Part shown: positions 1 through 11,577 of the stretch, one piece after another
How the letters are laid out: the number at the start of each line of letters is the position of its first letter
Position numbering within the stretch: position 1 is the stretch's first letter
From: Bacteroidales bacterium
Lineage (GTDB): Bacteria; Bacteroidota; Bacteroidia; Bacteroidales; JAQUTK01
Direction of reading: 5' to 3'
DNA length: 27,226 bases
Assembly (NCBI GenBank): GCA_036508045.1
Contig: DATCIB010000155.1
Coordinates: forward strand, 1 to 27,226
Translations under genes and position numbers: made by a program
Notes under the pieces: model-generated
What the model saw: the letters and a program-made list of their open reading frames with translations, nothing else
Databases searched by the model: none
What the model was told of the DNA's origin: nothing

Positions 1-934
1 TAAAAATAGTATCAAACTTACTGACTCCTTCTGTTTCTGTCGCATCCTGATTCATTGAATAGGAAGCATACTGCTGAAGAATAGACCACATTGTAGGATT
101 CAGTCTCTTTAGCATCATATCCAGATTCTCTTTGGGCTCAATGACTCCGTCAATAATATGAATGGCTCCATTGACAGCAGCAATATCTGCTTCAATGACC
201 TTTATTCCATTGACATAAAGATCTTCTCCTTTAGGTGTGGATTTCAAACCGTACAATGCCGCAAATTCGTTTACAACACTGTAACGTCTCAGATATTTAT
301 ATGGGTACACTGTGACAGACTTTGCCTGTGGTCTAACTTTATAGACTCTCGGCGTACGTTCATTTGTTTTGTTGTTGAGCACGTACTTACCCGGCACTGT
401 ATCAATATACTTCTGATCCCGGTAGCGTGTAGAATAACGGTTACGATCTGAAACGTAGCCCATACCTACTGAAGTAACAACTTCATCAGGTATGAAGCGT
501 TTGAAATCGTAATGGAAATACATATCTACAACAATATGCGCTTCGATAAACTGGCACAAAAGAATCGAGTCAGTCTTTACGCCTGATGGATCCTTTTTCT
601 CCACATCAAAGTCATCAATGCCAGACTTGCCGGGGTATCTCGTCTGCGTCAGGAAATAAGCATTAATTGCCTCATTTGTCGGCGCAAATACGGTATACAA
701 ACCGGAGGTATTAATAATTGACTTCATAAGCGGAACTTTGTCAATTGCTTTGACGAATTCGCTCAGATTGGAGCGCGAAGATAGCTGTTCGTAAATCGGA
801 CCTGAAATATTCGATGGATAGTCGAAATATCCACCAAAGTCGTCTTTACAACCAGTTACCAAAACTGTGCCCAATAAAAATACTAACGCGAAGCGGTACA
901 GCTTCCTCGTTTTGTAATAGAACACTTTTGTCAT
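1..934 (-). CDS. Fasciclin (FAS1) domain lipoprotein, partial (3' end runs off the window)
   Basis: Translated by hand; absent from the ORF track. Open from ATG at 934 to the window edge, about 311 codons. Begins MTKVFYYKTRKLYRFALVFLLGTVLVTG-C29-KDDF (signal peptidase II lipobox). Contains FAS1 H1 motif YTVFAPTNEA (residues 80-89) and H2 motif NGAIHIIDGVI (255-265). Confidence 0.85.
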   Translation of the reverse strand, partial: MTKVFYYKTRKLYRFALVFLLGTVLVTGCKDDFGGYFDYPSNISGPIYEQLSSRSNLSEFVKAIDKVPLMKSIINTSGLYTVFAPTNEAINAYFLTQTRYPGKSGIDDFDVEKKDPSGVKTDSILLCQFIEAHIVVDMYFHYDFKRFIPDEVVTSVGMGYVSDRNRYSTRYRDQKYIDTVPGKYVLNNKTNERTPRVYKVRPQAKSVTVYPYKYLRRYSVVNEFAALYGLKSTPKGEDLYVNGIKVIEADIAAVNGAIHIIDGVIEPKENLDMMLKRLNPTMWSILQQYASYSMNQDATETEGVSKFDTIF

Positions 935-1094
935 AGGTCTTTTTTTTATGGTTATTAATTAAGTTGTTTCTTCCCAAATGTTTTCACGCTGAAATAATGT
1001 TAAGCACTTATATGCTAATACCTTAGGGTCATTAAATTAGATTCTTTTCCTAAAATGGTACGATTTTAAGGTGAAAATAACGTTTTTAATCTTG

Positions 1095-1102
1095 CAAATG
1101 TA
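1095..1102 (-). promoter_or_regulatory. Bacteroidetes -7 promoter box for the fasciclin gene
   Basis: TACATTTG(C) on the minus strand matches TAnnTTTG; a TTG lies 18 nt upstream (1121-1123). Confidence 0.45.
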
Positions 1103-1358
1103 AAAACATTTAATTCAAATCAACTATTTATTTGAAGTAAATATTTACAAACTCGCAGTTTTAACATTTCGCGATTGGGCAGTTGTTTCATTTCTACTAA
1201 ACCGAACTAAAATGGTTTGTTATTGAACGAGGTTTTTGGGGTAACATTTGCAGGGTTTAAATATTTCAAGAAACTCCTGACCATTCCTTTTGCCTCATCT
1301 TCACACACACATTCTTACAATTTATTCCTTATTGACTCTGGATATAATAAAAACAAAT

Positions 1359-1366
1359 TATCTTTG
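1359..1366 (+). promoter_or_regulatory. Bacteroidetes -7 promoter box for tRNA-Ser
   Basis: TATCTTTG(C) ends 12 nt before the tRNA 5' end. Confidence 0.6.
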
Positions 1367-1377
1367 CAACGAAAGAA

Positions 1378-1466
1378 GGAAAGTTGCCGGAGTGGTCGAT
1401 CGGGGCAGACTCGAAATCTGTTGAACTGCTTTTGTGGTTCCTGGGGTTCGAATCCCTAACTTTCCG
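1378..1466 (+). tRNA. tRNA-Ser(CGA)
   Basis: Acceptor stem GGAAAGT/ACTTTCC; anticodon arm GCAGA-CTCGAAA-TCTGT; long variable arm GAACTGC-TTTT-GTGGTTC; T-loop TTCGAAT; discriminator G; CCA not encoded. Confidence 0.96.
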
Positions 1467-1521
1467 CACATGAATAAAGCGGAGGATGTCAAGACTTACA
1501 TCCTCCGCTTTATTCATGTGC
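1466..1521. terminator. 24-bp perfect inverted repeat, probable terminator of tRNA-Ser
   Basis: GCACATGAATAAAGCGGAGGATGT (1466-1489) and its exact reverse complement (1498-1521). Confidence 0.7.
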
Positions 1522-1531
1522 TATACACTGA

Positions 1532-1594
1532 TTTATAACTACAAAAAGGAGTCCGGTATAGAAAATATACCGGACTCCTTTTTGTAGTTATAAA
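1532..1594. terminator. 29-bp perfect inverted repeat, bidirectional intrinsic terminator downstream of rpoC
   Basis: TTTATAACTACAAAAAGGAGTCCGGTATA (1532-1560), loop GAAAA, exact reverse complement (1566-1594). GC core flanked by A5/T5 tracts; 10 nt from the rpoC stop. Confidence 0.85.
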
Positions 1595-1604
1595 AGATTC
1601 TTTT

Positions 1605-4600
1605 TTACACAATTGGAATCTCAGACCCGACCTTCAGTTCCGTCTTAATTTCCTGTTCGGTCTCTTCATCATTGATTTCAACAATGTTTCTGCGATTGGC
1701 AGTTAAACGATCAAAATCCTCCTTAGATCCAACAACTATCTTTTCGTATTCTCTCAAGCCGGTTCCTGCCGGAATCAAGTGACCGCAGATAACATTCTCC
1801 TTCATACCTTCAAGCAAATCAACCTTGCCGCTGATAGCAGCTTCATTCAGTACCTTTGTTGTTTCCTGGAAGGAAGCAGCTGAGAAGAAACTTCTGGTCT
1901 GCAAGGCAGAGCGGGTAATACCCTGAAGAATCTGTCTGGAAGTGGCAGCGATGGCATCACGGGCTTCCACTGGTTTCAAGTCTTTACGGATCAATCCGCT
2001 ATTCTCATCTCTGAGTTTACGAGCAGTAACAATCTGACCTTTCTTAAAAACAGCAGAACTTCCTGGCTCGACAATAACTTTCTTGCCCCAGATACGATCA
2101 TTCTCTTCTCTGAAATCATTTTTATCAACAACTTGTTGCTCAAGGAAACGTGTATCACCCGGGTCAACTATTTCAACCTTGCGCAGCATCTGACGAACAA
2201 TAACCTCAAAGTGCTTATCGTTTATCTTTACACCTTGCATACGGTATACATCCTGAACTTCATTCACGATGTGCTCCTGAACGCTTGTCGGCCCTTTGAT
2301 AGCCAAGATATCAGCAGGAGTTACCGCACCATCAGAAAGTGCTGTTCCAGCGCGTACATAGTCGTTTTCCTGCACAAGTAACTGTTTAGACAACGGAACA
2401 AGATATTTCTTTTCTTCTCCTGTTTTAGAAGTTACAGCAATCTCACGGTTACCTCTTTTGATTTTTCCAAAAGTGATCTCACCATCAATTTCTGATACAA
2501 TAGCAGGATTGGAAGGGTTTCGCGCCTCAAACAACTCAGTTACACGAGGAAGACCTCCGGTAATATCTCCCGCTTTACCAACGGCACGCGGAGTCTTGAT
2601 AATCGTTTGTCCAATTCCAATGTCGTCACCGTCATCTTTGATAAGGTGGGCACCCACCGGGAGGTTGTATGAACGAATAATCTCTCCGGTAGTATCAAGA
2701 ATATGAGCAACGGGAAGAATAGACCTGTCTTTTGATTCAATAATTATCTTCTCACGTAAACCAGTCTTATCATCATATTCAACTTTATACGTTGTGTTTT
2801 CTATCAAACCTTCCAGCGCAATTTTGCCGGTAGCTTCTGAAATAATCACAGCGTTAAAAGGATCCCATTCGCAAATAGACTGATTTTTCTCAACTGTGTC
2901 ACCGTTGCTGACATATAACTTAGAACCGTAAGGAATATTATTGGTTGTCAATACGATTTTTGTGTTCGGATCAACGATTCTCAACTCAGACAAACGGCTA
3001 ACAACAACTTTAACAACCTTTCCTGAATCATCCACAGAATCAACTGTTTTTAATTCATCGATTTCTGCATAACCGTTGTAACGGGAAATTATATTATTTT
3101 CCGCAGCAACATTGGATGCGACACCACCGACGTGGAATGTACGCAAGGTAAGCTGAGTACCCGGTTCACCGATAGACTGTGCTGCAATAACCCCAACGGC
3201 TTCTCCCTTTTCAACCATACGGCTGGTGGCGAGGTTACGACCGTAGCATTTAGCACAAACACCTTTCTTTGATTCACAAGTCAACACCGAACGAATTTCA
3301 ACGCGTTCGATAGGCGACACCTGAATCTTGCGTGCAACTTCTTCCGTAATTTCTTCACCAGACTCGACAAGCAGTTCGTTGGTCAGCGGATGATAAATAT
3401 CGTGAACTGAAACACGGCCCAAGATGCGATCATAAAGAGAAGAAACTACTTCTTTGTTATTCTTCAACTCAGTGCATATCAAACCACGAAGTGTTCCGCA
3501 ATCTTCTTCTGTGATAATTACATCGTGAGAAACATCTACGAGACGACGTGTCAGGTAACCAGCATCCGCAGTCTTCAACGCAGTATCTGCAAGACCTTTA
3601 CGGGCACCATGGGTTGAGATAAAGTACTCCTGTACAGAAAGACCTTCTTTAAAGTTCGCCAAAATTGGGTTTTCAATGATTTGTGCTCCTTCCGAACCCG
3701 CCTTCTGTGGTTTGGACATCAAACCACGCATACCTGACAACTGAGAAATCTGTTCTTTAGATCCACGAGCGCCTGAGTCAAGCATCATGTAAACAGAATT
3801 AAAACCTTGATTGTCAGATGAAATAGTTTCCATCAGGATCTTAGAAAGACGTGAATTAACATGCGTCCAAGTATCGATAATCTGATTATACCGTTCATTA
3901 AAAGTAATGAATCCCATATTATAGTCAGATAAGATCTTATCAACCTCGTCGTTTCCATCTTTCACAAGACCTTCTTTTTCTTTCGGGATTATCACATCAA
4001 ACAAGTTGAATGATAGTCCACCCAAGAACGCCATCTTATAACCAAGGTTCTTTATATCATCCAGAAAGTCTGCAGTTCTTGCTACTCCGCACCGGCGAAT
4101 AACTCGGCCAATGATATCACGAAGCGACTTCTTTGTCAATATTTCGTCAATATAACCAACCTCAGCCGGCACAATCTCATTGACCATTACACGACCAACA
4201 GAAGTATTATGACGTAATACATCCACAATATCACCTTTTTCGTTGAGATCCTTTACATAAACCGAAATGGGAGCATGAATATCTACCTTACCTTCATTGT
4301 AAGCAATAAAGGCTTCTTCCGGACCATAGAATGTTAGTCCTTCACCTTTGGTTCCCTTACGAAGTTTGGTAATATAATATAAACCAAGCACCATATCCTG
4401 GGAAGGTACGGTAATTGGAGCTCCATTGGCAGGATTCAAAATATTATGAGAGGCCAACATCAACAATTGAGCTTCCAGAACAGCTTCATTACCAAGCGGC
4501 AAGTGAACGGCCATCTGGTCACCATCAAAGTCGGCATTGAACGCTGTACAAGCTAATGGATGCAACTGGATTGCCTTTCCTTCAATCATTTTTGGCTGGA

Positions 4601-5942
4601 AAGCTTGAATACCCAGACGGTGCAATGTCGGAGCACGGTTAAGTAAGACCGGATGTCCTTTCATTACATATTCCAGAATATCCCAAACTACCGGTTCCTT
4701 ACGATCCACAATTTTCTTTGCGGATTTTACTGTTTTAACGATTCCACGCTCAATGAGCTTGCGGATAACAAACGGTTTATAAAGTTCTGCAGCCATATCT
4801 TTCGGCAACCCGCATTCATGCATCCGAAGTTCCGGACCTACAACAATGACCGAACGGGCAGAATAGTCTACACGTTTTCCTAAAAGATTTTGCCGGAAAC
4901 GTCCTTGTTTACCTTTTAGACTATCCGAAAGAGACTTCAGAGGACGGTTAGACTCTGTCTTAACAGCACTGGATTTGCGAGAGTTGTCCAGCAATGAATC
5001 AACGGCTTCCTGTAGCATACGTTTCTCATTACGGAGAATCACTTCTGGAGCTTTAATTTCAATAAGTCTTTTTAGACGGTTATTACGAATAATAACACGT
5101 CGATATAAGTCATTTAAATCAGAAGTTGCAAAACGACCACCATCCAAAGGCACCAAAGGACGTAGTTCAGGTGGAATAACCGGAACGATCTTCAAAATCA
5201 TCCACTCCGGTTTATTCCTGTCTTTTGAAGTCACGAATGATTCAACAACCTGCAAACGTTTTAAGGCCTCATTCTTACGTTGCTGAGCAGTTTCATTATT
5301 GGCACGGTCGCGCAACTCATAGGACAGCTCTTCTAAATTCAGACGGGACAGTAAGTCATAAATAGCCTCTGCTCCCATCTTTGCTATAAACTTGTTTGGA
5401 TCCGTGTCATCCAACGTCTGATTGCCCTTCGGAAGTGATTCCAGAAAATCCATATATTCTTCTTCAGAAAGCAGGTCATTCACATTGACAGAATCATGAA
5501 GAACGCCAGACTGAACAACAACATACTTTTCATAGTAAATTATCGAATCTAACTTCTTTGAAGGAAGACCCAGCAAATATCCTATTTTATTAGGTAATGA
5601 GCGAAAATACCAGATATGAGCAACAGGTACTACTAATTGGATATGTCCGGTACGTTCGCGACGAACTTTCTTTTCGGTGACTTCAACACCACATCGGTCA
5701 CAAACAATTCCTTTGTAACGGATTCTTTTATATTTTCCACAATGACATTCGTAATCCTTTACCGGTCCAAAAATTCGTTCACAAAACAAACCATCACGTT
5801 CTGGTTTGTAGGTACGATAATTGATGGTTTCAGGTTTCAGAACCTCGCCACTTGAGTTTTCCAGTATCTCTTCAGGAGAAGCCAAACCAATGGAAATCTT
5901 TGAAAAGCTACTCTTTATCTTGTTTTCTTTTCTAAAAGCCAT
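1605..5942 (-). CDS. rpoC: DNA-directed RNA polymerase subunit beta'
   Basis: 1445 aa; N-terminal Zn finger (ECHCGKYK...CDRCG), catalytic NADFDGD motif, directly after rpoB. Confidence 0.99.
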   Translation of the reverse strand: MAFRKENKIKSSFSKISIGLASPEEILENSSGEVLKPETINYRTYKPERDGLFCERIFGPVKDYECHCGKYKRIRYKGIVCDRCGVEVTEKKVRRERTGHIQLVVPVAHIWYFRSLPNKIGYLLGLPSKKLDSIIYYEKYVVVQSGVLHDSVNVNDLLSEEEYMDFLESLPKGNQTLDDTDPNKFIAKMGAEAIYDLLSRLNLEELSYELRDRANNETAQQRKNEALKRLQVVESFVTSKDRNKPEWMILKIVPVIPPELRPLVPLDGGRFATSDLNDLYRRVIIRNNRLKRLIEIKAPEVILRNEKRMLQEAVDSLLDNSRKSSAVKTESNRPLKSLSDSLKGKQGRFRQNLLGKRVDYSARSVIVVGPELRMHECGLPKDMAAELYKPFVIRKLIERGIVKTVKSAKKIVDRKEPVVWDILEYVMKGHPVLLNRAPTLHRLGIQAFQPKMIEGKAIQLHPLACTAFNADFDGDQMAVHLPLGNEAVLEAQLLMLASHNILNPANGAPITVPSQDMVLGLYYITKLRKGTKGEGLTFYGPEEAFIAYNEGKVDIHAPISVYVKDLNEKGDIVDVLRHNTSVGRVMVNEIVPAEVGYIDEILTKKSLRDIIGRVIRRCGVARTADFLDDIKNLGYKMAFLGGLSFNLFDVIIPKEKEGLVKDGNDEVDKILSDYNMGFITFNERYNQIIDTWTHVNSRLSKILMETISSDNQGFNSVYMMLDSGARGSKEQISQLSGMRGLMSKPQKAGSEGAQIIENPILANFKEGLSVQEYFISTHGARKGLADTALKTADAGYLTRRLVDVSHDVIITEEDCGTLRGLICTELKNNKEVVSSLYDRILGRVSVHDIYHPLTNELLVESGEEITEEVARKIQVSPIERVEIRSVLTCESKKGVCAKCYGRNLATSRMVEKGEAVGVIAAQSIGEPGTQLTLRTFHVGGVASNVAAENNIISRYNGYAEIDELKTVDSVDDSGKVVKVVVSRLSELRIVDPNTKIVLTTNNIPYGSKLYVSNGDTVEKNQSICEWDPFNAVIISEATGKIALEGLIENTTYKVEYDDKTGLREKIIIESKDRSILPVAHILDTTGEIIRSYNLPVGAHLIKDDGDDIGIGQTIIKTPRAVGKAGDITGGLPRVTELFEARNPSNPAIVSEIDGEITFGKIKRGNREIAVTSKTGEEKKYLVPLSKQLLVQENDYVRAGTALSDGAVTPADILAIKGPTSVQEHIVNEVQDVYRMQGVKINDKHFEVIVRQMLRKVEIVDPGDTRFLEQQVVDKNDFREENDRIWGKKVIVEPGSSAVFKKGQIVTARKLRDENSGLIRKDLKPVEARDAIAATSRQILQGITRSALQTRSFFSAASFQETTKVLNEAAISGKVDLLEGMKENVICGHLIPAGTGLREYEKIVVGSKEDFDRLTANRRNIVEINDEETEQEIKTELKVGSEIPIV

Positions 5943-5973
5943 ATTTATAAATTTATAAAGAGTTAATAGGTAA

Positions 5974-6001
5974 GGATAGAAGGGGGAACCCCCTTCTATC
6001 C
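5974..6001. other. GC-rich stem-loop in the rpoB-rpoC spacer (no following U-tract)
   Basis: GGATAGAAGGGGG-AA-CCCCCTTCTATCC, 13-nt perfect arms. Confidence 0.7.
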
Positions 6002-6011
6002 AAAGAAAAAA

Positions 6012-9000
6012 CTACTCCAAGTTAATACTTAAACCGAGACCTCGCAATTCATGTAACAAAACATTCAGGGATTCCGGGATACCTGCCTGAGGCATTGGAT
6101 CACCCTTGACAATTGAATCGTACGCCTTCGAACGGCCAGCAACATCATCAGACTTAACGGTAAGTATTTCTTGCAAAATATGAGCGGCACCAAAAGCTTC
6201 CAGCGCCCAAACCTCCATTTCTCCGAATCTCTGACCACCAAACTGAGCTTTACCACCCAACGGCTGTTGCGTTATCAACGAATACGGTCCGATAGAACGC
6301 GCATGCATCTTATCATCAACCATGTGACCGAGCTTTAACATATAAATAACGCCGACTGTTGCGGGTTGATCGAAGCGATCACCTGTGCCACCATCATGCA
6401 AATATGTTTTACCAAATTGCGGAACACCAGCCTTATCAGTCCACACAGTAAGATCATCAAGTGATGCTCCGTCAAATATAGGTGTTGCAAATTTGACGCC
6501 AAGTTCTTTCCCTGCCCATCCAAGAACAGTCTCAAATATTTGTCCAAGGTTCATACGGGAAGGTACACCCAACGGATTTAAACAAATATCCACAGGAGTC
6601 CCATCTTCAAGGAAAGGCATGTCTTCTGCACGAACAATACGAGAGACAATACCTTTATTACCATGTCGTCCGGCCATCTTATCACCAACACGTATTTTAC
6701 GCTTTTTAGCTACATAAACTTTAGCCATTTGCATAATTCCGGAAGGCAACTCATCGCCGATTGTAATATTAAGTTTCTCGCGACGCATTTCAGCGTCCAG
6801 TTCTTTGTACTTGCGTATATAATTTAACACCACATCACGAATCAAATCATTCTTTGAAGCATCTGTCGTCCATTTACTAGTATAAACAGACATATAATCA
6901 AGATTCTGTAAAGCAAGTAAAGAAAACCGTGCACCCTTAGGGACAACATCTGTGCCCAAATAATCTTTTACACCCGCAGAATTCTTTCCCTCGGTAAGTA
7001 TCATTAATTTGTCGACTAATGTTCTTTTCAGTTCACTTGTTATTTTCTCAAACTTGTCGTCAATCAAAGGAAGTCTTGCCTTATCGGACATACGCCCCTT
7101 TTTGTTCTTCTGCGCTTTAGAAAACAATTTTCTATCAATAACGACTCCGTGCAAAGAAGGCGATGCTTTCAAAGACGCGTCTTTCACGTCACCTGCTTTG
7201 TCGCCAAAGATGGCACGTAAGAGTTTTTCTTCCGGAGATGGATCAGATTCGCCTTTTGGCGTTATCTTACCAATCAAAATATCACCCGGTTCGATGTAAG
7301 CACCCACACGAACAATTCCATCTGAATCCAGATCTTTAGTAGCTTCTTCGCTTACATTAGGAATATCAGCAGTCAGTTCTTCCATACCACGCTTCGTTTC
7401 GCGTACTTCCAAAACATATTCATCCACATGAACAGAAGTAAAGATATCTTCACGTACTACCTTCTCATTAATTACGATAGCATCCTCGAAGTTGTATCCT
7501 TTCCAAGGCATGAAAGCAACTTTAAGATTTTTCCCGATAGCTAACTCTCCTCCTTGAGTTGAATAACCTTCAGTAAGAATTTGACCCTTGACTACACGAT
7601 CACCTTTTTTGCATAGCGGACGAAGGTCAATAGTAGTAGACTGGTTTGTTCTAACAAACTTAGGAATATCATATTCTTTAATAGAAGAATCAAAACTTAC
7701 GAACTCTTCTTCATCTGTACGGTCATAGCGGATAACTATTTTTGATGCATCCACATATTCAATCACGCCAGAACAATCTGCCATAATCTGAGTACGGGAA
7801 TCTTGAACTATACGAGCTTCTATACCGGTTCCAACAATAGGAGCTTCCGTCCTCAACAAGGGAACAGCCTGGCGCATCATGTTGGATCCCATCAAAGCAC
7901 GGTTAGCATCATCATGTTCCAGGAATGGAATCAATGCTGCGGCTATAGAAGCAATCTGCTGTGGAGAAACATCCATCAGCTGAACTTGCCCCGGAACAAC
8001 AACAGGAAAATCGCTATCTTGTCTGGATTTTACTTTTGGACGGATAAAACCTCCTTTATCATTCAAAGGAGCATTACCCTGCGCGATAATTAAGCCCTCT
8101 TCCTCTTCAGCTGTAAGATAAGTAATTTCATCATTACTTAGATTGACAATAGCATTCTCAACTTTTCGGTAAGGAGTAGAAATAAAGCCAAGTTCATTGA
8201 TCTTTGCAAACACACAAAGAGAAGAGATCAAACCGATATTTGGACCTTCCGGCGTCTCAATAGGACAAAGACGTCCATAGTGAGTATAGTGAACGTCACG
8301 TACCTCAAATCCGGCACGATCACGAGACAAACCACCAGGCCCTAGCGCTGAGATACGACGTTTATGCGTTACTTCAGCCAAAGGATTTGTCTGATCCATA
8401 AACTGAGATAAAGCATTGGTACCAAAAAAAGAATTGATAACCGAAGAAATAACTTTAGCGTTAATCAGATCAATTGGAGTAAATACCTCATTGTCGCGAA
8501 CATTCATACGTTCACGAATGGTTCTGGACATACGGGCTAATCCGACTCCAAACTGGTTATATAATTGTTCACCGACAGTACGGATACGTCTGTTACTTAA
8601 ATGGTCGATATCGTCGACTTCGGCTTTTGAATTAATTAACTGAATAAGATATTTTATAATCTCAATGATATCTTCTTTTGTCAAAACTTTTACAGACATA
8701 TCTGTTGTAAGATTCAACTTTTTATTGATACGATAACGACCTACTTCACCAAGATCATATCTCTTCTCTGAAAAGAATAAGTTATTAATTACTTCACGGG
8801 CAGATGCATCATCAGCAGGTTCTGCATTTCGCAACTGTCTGTAGATATAAAGGACTGCTTCTTTCTCGGAGTTGCTAGGGTCCTTTTGAAGGGTATTATA
8901 GATAATCGCAAAATCCGAAACAATCTGCTCATTCTTATGAACAAGAATTGTTTGCACTCCTGAAGAAAGAATCTCTTCTATATGCTCTTCTTGAAGAATA

Positions 9001-9824
9001 GTCTCACGATCAATTATAACATCATTACGCTCAATGGAGACAACCTCACCGGTATCTTCATCTACAAAGTCTTCCATCCATGTATTGAGAACACGAGCTG
9101 CCAACTTGCGGCCAACCATATCTTTCAATGATTTTCTCGAAACTGGAATCTCTTCAGCAAGATCGAAAATCTCGAGAATATCTTTGTCATTCTCAAAGCC
9201 GATTGCTCTTAATAACGTAGTGACCGGTAATTTTTTCTTACGGTCAATATAAGCATACATGACATTATTTATGTCTGTTGCAAATTCAATCCACGAACCT
9301 TTAAAAGGGATAATTCGGGCAGAATAAAGTTTAGTCCCATTAGCATGGACACTTTGTCCGAAAAATACACCGGGAGATCTGTGTAACTGTGAAACTACTA
9401 CACGTTCTGCACCATTGATAACAAAAGTACCTTTATCTGTCATATAAGGTATAGGGCCAAGATAAACATCCTGGATAACAGTATCAAAGTCCTCATGTTC
9501 AGGATCCGTGCAATAAAGCTTTAATTTCGCTTTTAGAGGTACACTATACGTAAGTCCTCTTTCTAAGCATTCGCTGATGCTATAGCGGGGTGGGTCGATA
9601 TAATAGTCAAGGAACTCCAGAACAAAATTATTTCTAGTATCTGCTATTGGGAAATTCTCAGCAAACACCTTATAAAGACCTTCAATGTTTCTTTTTTCTG
9701 AAGGTGTCTCAAGTTGGAGAAAGTCTTGAAATGACTTCAATTGTACTTCAAGAAAATCCGGATAAGCCAACGGATTTTTGATTGAAGCAAAAGTAATGCG
9801 TTGATTTTCTGTATTTGAAGACAT
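6012..9824 (-). CDS. rpoB: DNA-directed RNA polymerase subunit beta
   Basis: Rif-region [38 protein letters not shown] and [12 protein letters not shown] motifs. Start moved from 9866 to 9824 (MSSNTENQR, 1270 aa) because 9866 sits inside the upstream terminator's U-tract. Confidence 0.99.
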   Translation of the reverse strand: MSSNTENQRITFASIKNPLAYPDFLEVQLKSFQDFLQLETPSEKRNIEGLYKVFAENFPIADTRNNFVLEFLDYYIDPPRYSISECLERGLTYSVPLKAKLKLYCTDPEHEDFDTVIQDVYLGPIPYMTDKGTFVINGAERVVVSQLHRSPGVFFGQSVHANGTKLYSARIIPFKGSWIEFATDINNVMYAYIDRKKKLPVTTLLRAIGFENDKDILEIFDLAEEIPVSRKSLKDMVGRKLAARVLNTWMEDFVDEDTGEVVSIERNDVIIDRETILQEEHIEEILSSGVQTILVHKNEQIVSDFAIIYNTLQKDPSNSEKEAVLYIYRQLRNAEPADDASAREVINNLFFSEKRYDLGEVGRYRINKKLNLTTDMSVKVLTKEDIIEIIKYLIQLINSKAEVDDIDHLSNRRIRTVGEQLYNQFGVGLARMSRTIRERMNVRDNEVFTPIDLINAKVISSVINSFFGTNALSQFMDQTNPLAEVTHKRRISALGPGGLSRDRAGFEVRDVHYTHYGRLCPIETPEGPNIGLISSLCVFAKINELGFISTPYRKVENAIVNLSNDEITYLTAEEEEGLIIAQGNAPLNDKGGFIRPKVKSRQDSDFPVVVPGQVQLMDVSPQQIASIAAALIPFLEHDDANRALMGSNMMRQAVPLLRTEAPIVGTGIEARIVQDSRTQIMADCSGVIEYVDASKIVIRYDRTDEEEFVSFDSSIKEYDIPKFVRTNQSTTIDLRPLCKKGDRVVKGQILTEGYSTQGGELAIGKNLKVAFMPWKGYNFEDAIVINEKVVREDIFTSVHVDEYVLEVRETKRGMEELTADIPNVSEEATKDLDSDGIVRVGAYIEPGDILIGKITPKGESDPSPEEKLLRAIFGDKAGDVKDASLKASPSLHGVVIDRKLFSKAQKNKKGRMSDKARLPLIDDKFEKITSELKRTLVDKLMILTEGKNSAGVKDYLGTDVVPKGARFSLLALQNLDYMSVYTSKWTTDASKNDLIRDVVLNYIRKYKELDAEMRREKLNITIGDELPSGIMQMAKVYVAKKRKIRVGDKMAGRHGNKGIVSRIVRAEDMPFLEDGTPVDICLNPLGVPSRMNLGQIFETVLGWAGKELGVKFATPIFDGASLDDLTVWTDKAGVPQFGKTYLHDGGTGDRFDQPATVGVIYMLKLGHMVDDKMHARSIGPYSLITQQPLGGKAQFGGQRFGEMEVWALEAFGAAHILQEILTVKSDDVAGRSKAYDSIVKGDPMPQAGIPESLNVLLHELRGLGLSINLE

Positions 9825-9864
9825 TGTAAACGTATTTTTAGAACTTAAAAATTGATATAGACAC

Positions 9865-9902
9865 AAAAAGGTTAAGAATCCTCCAATGGAGGAATCTTAA
9901 CC
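9865..9902 (-). terminator. Intrinsic terminator/attenuator between rplL and rpoB
   Basis: On the mRNA: GGUUAAGA-U-UCCUCC-AUU-GGAGGA-U-UCUUAACC followed by UUUUU. A small hairpin CCUGA-UUU-UCAGG (9908-9920) precedes it. Confidence 0.75.
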
Positions 9903-9925
9903 AAATACCTGAAAATCAGGATTTC

Positions 9926-10300
9926 TTATTTAAGTTCAACTTCAGCTCCTGCTTCTTCAAGTTGTTTTTTCAGACCTTCAGCGTCAGCTTTTGCCAAACC
10001 TTCTTTTACTGCGTTAGGTGCACCGTCTACTAAATCTTTTGCTTCTTTTAAGCCAAGACCTGTCAACTCTTTTACCAACTTAACGATTGCCAATTTATTT
10101 GGTCCAGCAGCTTTCAGAACTACATCAAACGATGTTTTTTCTTCAACTTCAGGTGCTGCGGCAGCGCCAGTAGCAGCAACAGCAACAGCTGCAGCAGCAG
10201 GTTCAATACCGTACTCGTCCTTCAAAATACCAGCTAATTCGTTTACTTCTTTAACAGTCAAATTAACCAATTGCTCTGCAAATGCTTTCAAATCTGCCAT
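9926..10300 (-). CDS. rplL: 50S ribosomal protein bL12 (L7/L12)
   Basis: 124 aa; Ala-rich hinge, [22 protein letters not shown] motifs. Confidence 0.99.
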   Translation of the reverse strand: MADLKAFAEQLVNLTVKEVNELAGILKDEYGIEPAAAAVAVAATGAAAAPEVEEKTSFDVVLKAAGPNKLAIVKLVKELTGLGLKEAKDLVDGAPNAVKEGLAKADAEGLKKQLEEAGAEVELK

Positions 10301-10335
10301 TTTATTCTACGTTTTAAATGTTAATATACAAAATT

Positions 10336-10854
10336 TTATTGTTCTCTTTCAGAAAGAGTCTTCAGAACACCATGCAAAGTATTTGCACCTGATTGCAACG
10401 CTGAAATAACATTCTTAGCGGGTGATTGCAACAAGGCTATAACGTCTGCAATAAGTTCATTCTTATTCTTAATATGGACGAGAGCATCCAATTGATCAGC
10501 ACCTACGTAAAAGCTTTCCTCTACATAAGCAGCTTTTAGAGCGGGAATTCCTTGTTTCTTATATGTTTCCAATATTTTAGCAGGACCATTCCCTGTGTTG
10601 CAAAACATCAGAGAGGTTGATCCTTTCATTGAACCATACAAGGGAGAGAAATCACCCTCAAGACTTTCTAAGGCCTTTTTCAGCAACGTATTCTTAACTA
10701 CTACTAATTTGATCTCATTCTTAAAACAGAGACTTCTCAATTTACTGGTCTTATCTGCATTCAAAGAACTGGTATCGGTCAAATAGAAGTGGTTATACTC
10801 CTTAAGAGTAGCAGCGATCTGTTCGATAATTGCGGTTTTATCTTCCTTTTTCAT
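10336..10854 (-). CDS. rplJ: 50S ribosomal protein uL10
   Basis: 172 aa; VVKNTLLKKAL motif; position between rplA and rplL. Confidence 0.98.
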   Translation of the reverse strand: MKKEDKTAIIEQIAATLKEYNHFYLTDTSSLNADKTSKLRSLCFKNEIKLVVVKNTLLKKALESLEGDFSPLYGSMKGSTSLMFCNTGNGPAKILETYKKQGIPALKAAYVEESFYVGADQLDALVHIKNKNELIADVIALLQSPAKNVISALQSGANTLHGVLKTLSEREQ

Positions 10855-10866
10855 AATTACATCTGT

Positions 10867-11565
10867 TTAAATCGCTTCTACACTCTTAGGATCAACCTTT
10901 ACAGCAACACTCATCGTGCTGGAAAGGAAGATACTCTTTACATAAGTACCTTTTGCAGAAGACGGTTTCATTTTAATCAAAGTATTGATAAATTCTTTTG
11001 CATTATCACGAAGTTGTTCAGCATCAAACGATGATTTACCAACTGACGTATGAACAATACCGCTCTTATCTACCTTAAAGTCAATCTTACCTTGTTTTAC
11101 CTCTTTCACTGCTTTCGCAACATCCTGAGTAACAGTACCACTTTTTGGATTAGGCATCAGACCACGAGGTCCGAGCACACGCCCTAAGGCACCAATTTTC
11201 CCCATGATAGAAGGCATTGTAATGATTACATCAACATCGGTCCAACCACTCTTGATTTTATCAATATAGTCATCCAGACCAACATAATCAGCACCAGCTT
11301 CTGTTGCAGCAGCTTCTTGATCAGCTGTACAAAGCACCAAAACACGTACTTGTTTTCCAGTACCGTGAGGTAAAGAAACCACTCCTCTAATCATTTGATT
11401 AGCCTTCCGTGGATCTACACCTAGACGGACATCAATATCTACAGATGCATCAAATTTAGTTAAAGTGATTTCTTTAACTAATTGGGCTGCATCTATCAGA
11501 GAATAAGACTTCCCAGCTTCAACTTTTTCTAAAGCTAACTTTTGATTTTTTGTAAGTTTACCCAT
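10867..11565 (-). CDS. rplA: 50S ribosomal protein uL1
   Basis: 232 aa; [38 protein letters not shown] motifs. Confidence 0.99.
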   Translation of the reverse strand: MGKLTKNQKLALEKVEAGKSYSLIDAAQLVKEITLTKFDASVDIDVRLGVDPRKANQMIRGVVSLPHGTGKQVRVLVLCTADQEAAATEAGADYVGLDDYIDKIKSGWTDVDVIITMPSIMGKIGALGRVLGPRGLMPNPKSGTVTQDVAKAVKEVKQGKIDFKVDKSGIVHTSVGKSSFDAEQLRDNAKEFINTLIKMKPSSAKGTYVKSIFLSSTMSVAVKVDPKSVEAI

Positions 11566-11577
11566 TTGAATTGAAGT

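Noticed and set aside
158-451. 97-aa plus-strand ORF
   Set aside because: Antisense shadow of the fasciclin gene, which carries the real motifs.
1217-1517. ORFs 1217-1459 and 1329-1517
   Set aside because: They overlap tRNA-Ser and its hairpin; spurious.
1378-1604. tRNA-Ser as an occupied integration site
   Set aside because: The 3' side holds only terminators and rpoC; no att duplication or integrase is in the window.
5944-5959. TTTATAAATTTATAAA palindrome before rpoC
   Set aside because: Low-complexity AT-rich translation-initiation region typical of Bacteroidota.
8330-8440. Rifampicin-resistance allele in rpoB
   Set aside because: Residues equivalent to E. coli Q513, D516, H526 and S531 are intact. 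The Ala at the S522 position (PLAEVTH) looks like natural lineage variation and I cannot support a resistance claim.
2133-9252. Many 62-110 aa ORFs within rpoC and rpoB
   Set aside because: Shadow frames of highly conserved genes; no motifs or independent signals.
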